Below are positions 58,146-64,000 of a stretch of 64,000 nt of DNA, piece after piece. Made by a program: the position numbers and the translations under genes. How positions within the stretch are numbered: the first letter of the stretch is position 1; each line of letters starts with the position of its first letter. The stretch is from the human T2T-CHM13v2.0 reference genome, Homo sapiens, in NCBI RefSeq assembly GCF_009914755.1, contig NC_060926.1; one strand, 5' to 3'. Below the pieces are notes generated by a model. The model searched no databases, had not been told where the DNA came from, and was given only the letters and a program-made list of their open reading frames with translations.

Positions 58146-60995
58146 AAATAATAATAACTGTCATAAACTATTATGAACGCCTCCGCACACATACACTAGA
58201 AAACAGATGGACAAATTCCTGGACACATACACCCACCAAAACTGAACCAGCAAGGAATTAGTTCCCTGAACAGGCCAATAACAAGCTCCAAAATTGAATC
58301 AGTAATAAATAGCTTACCAACAAAAAAAACCCAGGACCAGATGGATTTACAACCAAATTCTACCAAGTGTAGGGAAAAGAGCTGGTACTATTCCTACGGA
58401 AACTATTCAAAAACACTGAGGAGGAGGGACTCCTCCCCAACTCATTCTATGAGGCCAGCATCATCCTGATACCAAATCCTGGCAGATATGCAACAATGAC
58501 AAAAAATAAAACTTCAGGCCAGTATATTTGATGAACATTGATGCAAAAATCCTCAACAAAATACTTGCAAATTGAATTCAGCAGCACATAAAAAAGCTAA
58601 TCCACCACAATCAAGTAGGCTTCATCCCTGGGATGCAAGTTTGGTTCAACACACACAAATCAATAAATGTGATACATCACATAAACAGAACTAAAGAGAA
58701 AAACCATGATTATCTCAATAGATGCAGAAAAGGTTTTCAAAAAAATTAAACATCTCTTTTTATTAAAAACTCTCAATAAACTAAGTATTGAAGGGGCATA
58801 CCTCAGAATGATAGCCATCTATGACAGCCACAGCCAATATCATATGAAATGAAGAAAAGCTGGAAGCATTCTCCTTGAAAACTGGTACAAGACAAGGATG
58901 CCCTTTCTCACCACTCCTCTTCAACAAAGCTTTGGAAGACTTAGAGCAATCAGGCAAGAGAAAGAAATAAAGGGTAGTCAGATAGAGAGTTCCCCTTCCT
59001 TACACCACATACAAAAATCAACTCAAGATGGATTAAAGACTTAAATGTAAAACTCAAAACTATAAAGTCAAGCTATCTCTGTTTGCAGATGACATGATTC
59101 TGTATCTAGAAAATGCCTTAAAACTCCTGCAGCTGATAAACAACTTCAGCAAAGTTCAGGATAGAAAATCAGTGTACAAAAATTACTAATGTTCTTATAA
59201 GCCAACAACAGCCAAGCCGAGAGTCAAATCAGGAAGGCAATCCCATTCACGACTGCCACAAAAAGAATACACCACTTAGGAAACAGCTAACCAGGGAGGT
59301 GAAAGATCTCTACAATGAGAATTACAAAACATTGCTGAAAGAAATCAGAGATGACACAAACAAATGGAAAAACACACCATGCTCATGGAATAGGAAGAAT
59401 CAATATCATTAAAATGGCCATACTGCCCAAAGCAACGTATAGATTCAATGCTATTCCTATCAAACTACCAATGTCATTCTTTACAGAACTAGAAAAAACT
59501 ACTTTAAAATTCATATGGAATCCAAAAAGAGCCCAAATAGCCAAGGCAATCTTAAGCAAAAGCAACAAAGCTGGAGGCATCACATTACCTAACTTCAAAC
59601 TATATTACGGGGCTACATAACCAAAACAGCATGGTACTGGTACAAAAACAGACACATAGAAGAATGGAACAGAATAGAGAAACCAGAAATAAGACCACAC
59701 ACCTATGACCATCTGATCTTTGACAAAGCTGACAAGAACAAGCAATGGGGAAAAGACTCCCTATTCAGTAAATCGTTCCAGAGTAACTGGCTAGCCATAT
59801 GCAGAAGATTGAAACTGGAACCCTTCCTTATACCATATACAAAAATCAAATCAAGATGGATTTAAATGTAAAATCCAAAACTATAAAAACCCTGGACGAC
59901 AACCTAGGCAATACCATCCTGGACATAGGAACAGGCAAAGATTTCATGATGGAGATGCTCAAAGTAATCAGTATAAAAGCAAAAATTGATGAATGGGACC
60001 TAATTAAACTTAAGAGATTCTGCACAGCAAAAGAAACTATCAACAGAGTAAACAGACAACCTACAGAATGGGAGAAAATATTTGCAAACTATGCATTTGA
60101 CAAAGGTCTAATATCCAGCATTTATGAGGAACTTAAATTTACAAGGAAAAAACAAACAACCCCATTAAAAAGTGAGCAAAGGACATAAACAGACACTTTG
60201 CAAAAAAATACATATATGCAGCCAAAAAGCATATGAAATTATTTCATCACTGATCATTAGAGAAATGCAAATCAAAACCACAATGAGATACCATCTCACA
60301 CCAGTCAGAATGGCTATTAGAAAAATCTAAAAAAATAACAGATGCTGGTGAGGTTGTGGAGAAAAGGGAACATTTACACACCGTTGGTAGGAGTGTAAAT
60401 TAGTTCAACCACTGTGGAAAGCAGTATGGTGATTCCTCAAAGAACTGAAAGCAGAACTACCATTTGACCCAGCATCCCCATTACAGGGTATATACCCAGA
60501 GGAATATAAATCATTCTACCATGAAGACACATGCACATGAATGTACATTGCAGCACGGTTCACAATAGCAAAGGCCTGGATTCAACCTAAATGCCCATCA
60601 ATGACAGATTGAATAAAATGTGGTACATATACACCATGGAATACTATGCAGCCATAAAAAAGAGACCATGGCTTTGTGGGAACATGGATGGAGCTGGAGA
60701 TCATTATCCTTAGCAAACTAACACAGGAACAGAAAACCATACACCGCATGTTCTCATTTATATGTGGGAGCTAAATAATGAGAACTTACAGACATGAAGA
60801 AGGAAAGAACAGGCACTAGGGTCTACTTGAGGGTGGAGGGTGGGAGGAGAAATAGGAGCAGAAAAAATAACTATTGGATACTAGGCTTAGTACCTGGGTG
60901 ATGAAATAATCTGTACAACAAATCCCTGTGACATGAGTTTACCTAAGTAACAAACCTGCACATGTACCCTTGAACCTAAAATAAAACTTTAAAAA
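58146..60995 (+). mobile_element. 5'-truncated old L1PA (ORF2 RT/C-terminal remnant plus 3'UTR) inserted into a MER33-like element
   Basis: [11 protein letters not shown] motif at ~59079; ORF fragments 59351-59620 and 59799-60188; A tail; TSD agtgcccag (58137-58145 / 60998-61006). Confidence 0.9.
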
Positions 60996-61069
60996 AGAGT
61001 GCCCAGTTAAATATGCGTCTCAGATAAACAATGAATACTTTTTAGTATAAGTATGCCCCAAATAGTGCA

Positions 61070-61795
61070 CCTCCCTCCCACCCTTTCCCCTGAGTCCCCA
61101 AAGTCCAATATATCATTCTTATACCTTTGCATCCTCATAGTTTAGCTCCCACTTATAAGTGAGAACATATGATATTTGGTTTTCAATTCCTGAGCTACTT
61201 CACTTAGAATAATAATCTCCAATCCATCCAAGTTGCTGCAAATACCACTATTTTTTTTATGGCTAAGTAGTATTCCATAGTGTACATACACAACGTTTTC
61301 TTTATTCACTCATTGGTTGCTGGGCATTTACGTTGGTTCCATATTTTTGCAATTGCTATAAATATGTGTACGCAAGTGTCTTTGAATCTGACAGAGGACT
61401 AACATCCAGAATCTACAAGGAAATCAATCAAATCAGCAAGAAAAAACCAAATAACCCATCAAAAATTGGGCAAAGGACATGAATAGACAATTCTTAAAAG
61501 AAGGTATACAAATGGCCAACAAACGTATAAAAAAAAGCTCAACATCACTAGCTATCAGAGAAATGCAAATTAAAACTATAATGAGATACCATCTTACCCT
61601 GCAAGAATGGCCATAATTAAAAAATCAAAAAATAATAGATGCTGGCATGGATGTGGTAAAAAGGGAACACTTTTACACTGCTAGGGGGAATGTAAACTAG
61701 TACAACCACCATGGAAACAGTTTAGAGGTTCCTTAAAGAACTGAAAGTAGGATTACCATTTGATCTAACAATTCCACCATGGAGTATCTATACAA
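61070..61795. mobile_element. L1PB fragment with 5' inversion
   Basis: 61070-61383 minus-strand 3'UTR; 61386-61795 plus-strand adjacent ORF2 end. Confidence 0.75.
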
Positions 61796-61919
61796 AATTT
61801 TTAAAAATAAATTTTAGTGTTTTCTTTTGTGGGAGGAGATGTATTAGAATAACCTAGTTCATTTTTTAAGAATCAAATTTGTTGAGATATAATTTACATA
61901 CGGGAAAAAAATCACCTTT

Positions 61920-64000
61920 TTTTTCCCTTTTCCAACCTTTATTTTAGATCCGGGGGGGTACATGCGCAGGTTTGCTACCTGGGTATGTTGCATGTTGCTG
62001 AGGTTCGGGTATGAATTATCCTGTCACCCAGGTACTCAGCTGTATTCATGTTGCTGCAAAGGACATGATTTCATTTTTTATGGCTGTATAGTATTCCATG
62101 GTGTATATGTGCCACATTTTCTTTATCCAGTACACTGTTGATGGGCACCTAGGTTGATTCCATAACTTTGCTATTGTGAATAGTGCTGCACGAATTGCAA
62201 GTGCATGTGTCTTTTTGGTAGAATGATTTGTTTTCTTTTGGATACATACCCAGTAATGAGATTGCTTGGGTCGAATGGTAGCTCTACTTTTGGTTCTCTG
62301 AGAAGTCTCCAAACTGCTTTCCACAGTGGCTGAACTAATTTACATTCCCTTTAACAATGTAGAAGCATTCCCTTTTCTCTGCGGCCTCAACAATATTTGT
62401 TGTTTTTTGACTTTGTAATAATAGCCATTCTAACAGGTGTCAGATGGCATTTCATCGTGGTTTCGATTTGCATTTCTCCAATGATTAGTGATGATTGGCA
62501 TTTTTCTATGTGTTTGTTTTCCACTTGTATGCCATTTTTTGAGAAGTGTCTGTTCATGTCTTGTGCCCATTTTTTAATGGAATTATTTGTTTTTTGCTAG
62601 TTCAATTGTTTAAGTTCCTATAGATTCGGGATATGAGACCTTTGTTGGATGCATAGTTTGCAAATATTTTCTCCCAGTCTGTAGGTTGTCTGTTTACTCA
62701 GTTGACTATTTCTTTTGGTGTGCAGAAGCTTTTTAGTTTAATTAGATACCACTTGTCAATTTTTTTTTTTTTTGCAATTGCTTTTGAGATCGTAGTAATA
62801 AATTCTTTCCTAAGGCCCATGTCCAGAATGGTGCTTCGTAAATATTCTTCTAAGATTCTGATAGTTTGAAGTCTTACATTTAAATCTTTAATCCATCTTG
62901 AGTTAGTTATTATAAATGGTGAAAGGTAGGGGTCCAACTTCATTCTTCTGCATATGGCTAGCCTGTATCCCACCACCATTTATTGAATAGGGACTTCTTT
63001 TCCCATTGCTTATTTTTGTTGATTTTGTCAAAGATTAGATGGCTGTAGGTGTGTGGCTTTATTTCTGAGTTCTCTTTTCTGTTCCATTGGCCTATCTGTT
63101 TATTTTTGTACCAGTACCATGTTGTTTTGGTTACTGTAGCCTTATAGTATAGTTTGAAGTGGATTAATGTGTTGCTTCTGGCTTTGTACATTTTGCTTAG
63201 AATTGCTTTGGTTATATAGGCTATTTTTTTGGTTCCATATGAATTTTAGAATAGTTTTTTCTAATTCTGTGAAAAATAACCTTGGTAGTTTGATAGAAAT
63301 AGCATTGAATCTGTAGATTGTTTTGGGCAATAATAAGGCCATTTTAATGATACTGATTCTTGCAATCCATGAGCATGGAATATTTTCCATTTGTTTGTCT
63401 CATCTGTGATTTCTTTTAGCAGTGTTTTGTAGTTCTCCTTGTAAAGACCTTTCACTTCCTTGGTTAGATGTATTCCTAGGTATTCTATTTTTTTGTGTGG
63501 CTATTGTAATGGGATTGCTTTTTTTCTTGGACAGTCTTACTCTGTCACCCAGACTGAAGTACAGTGGCATAATCTCTGCTCATTGCAACCTCCTCCTCTA
63601 GGGTTCAAGTGATTCCCATGCCTTGGCCTCCTGAGTAGTTGGAATTACGGGCACGCACCACCACACCAGCTAATTTTCATATTTTTAGTAGAGACAGGCT
63701 TGTTTCAAACTCCTGACTTCAGGTGATCTGCCCTCCTCAGCCTCGCAAAGTGCTGGGATTACGGGCATGAGCCACCGCGCCCAGCCGGGATTGCATTCTT
63801 GATTTGGCTCTTAGCTCGAGCTAATAACGTTCAAATGTTATTGCTGTAAAGAAATGCTACTGATTTTTGTACACTGATTTTTATATCCTGAAACTTTACT
63901 GAAGTCATTTATCAGTTCCAGGAGCTTTTTGGCAGAGTCTTTAGGCTTTTCAATGAATAGAATCCTATCATCTGCAAAGAAAGATAGTTTGAATTCTTCT
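61920..64000 (-). mobile_element. Old L1PA (PA15/16-like), runs off window; Alu inserted at 63519-63786
   Basis: L1 3' end and ORF2 remnants (62698-63455 ORFs); Alu TSD gggattgc. Confidence 0.88.

Noticed and set aside
59351-63455. L1 ORF2-like ORFs as functional genes
   Set aside because: Fragmented by stops, frameshifts and insertions; elements are dead fossils

Overview
Primate (almost certainly human) genomic DNA containing the complete SLC16A14 (MCT14, orphan monocarboxylate-transporter family) gene on the minus strand. It has a non-coding exon 1 in a CpG island (~35.2-35.6 kb), four coding exons (25738-25996, 16407-16550, 12393-13370, 4037-4188; 1533 nt = 510 aa + stop, all GT-AG, all coding introns phase 1) and a ~2.4 kb 3'UTR ending near 1.64 kb. 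The remaining ~28 kb upstream is intergenic. The window is repeat-dense: roughly 50 Alu/FLAM copies by eye, MaLR and ERV1 solo LTRs with target-site duplications (TSDs), L1/L2/MIR/DNA-transposon fossils, microsatellites and a Y4-RNA retropseudogene. Almost all other ORF-track entries are Alu/L1/low-complexity artefacts. I found no convincing new multi-gene system. The best leads are regulatory or structural: a ~385-bp templated duplication bracketing exon 3, a strong-context uORF, an Alu-flanked frame-preserving exon 4 (circRNA candidate), an intron-4 read-through C-terminus of identical length, and a candidate upstream TATA promoter/first exon at ~45 kb. Repeat boundaries and subfamily names are by-eye estimates.
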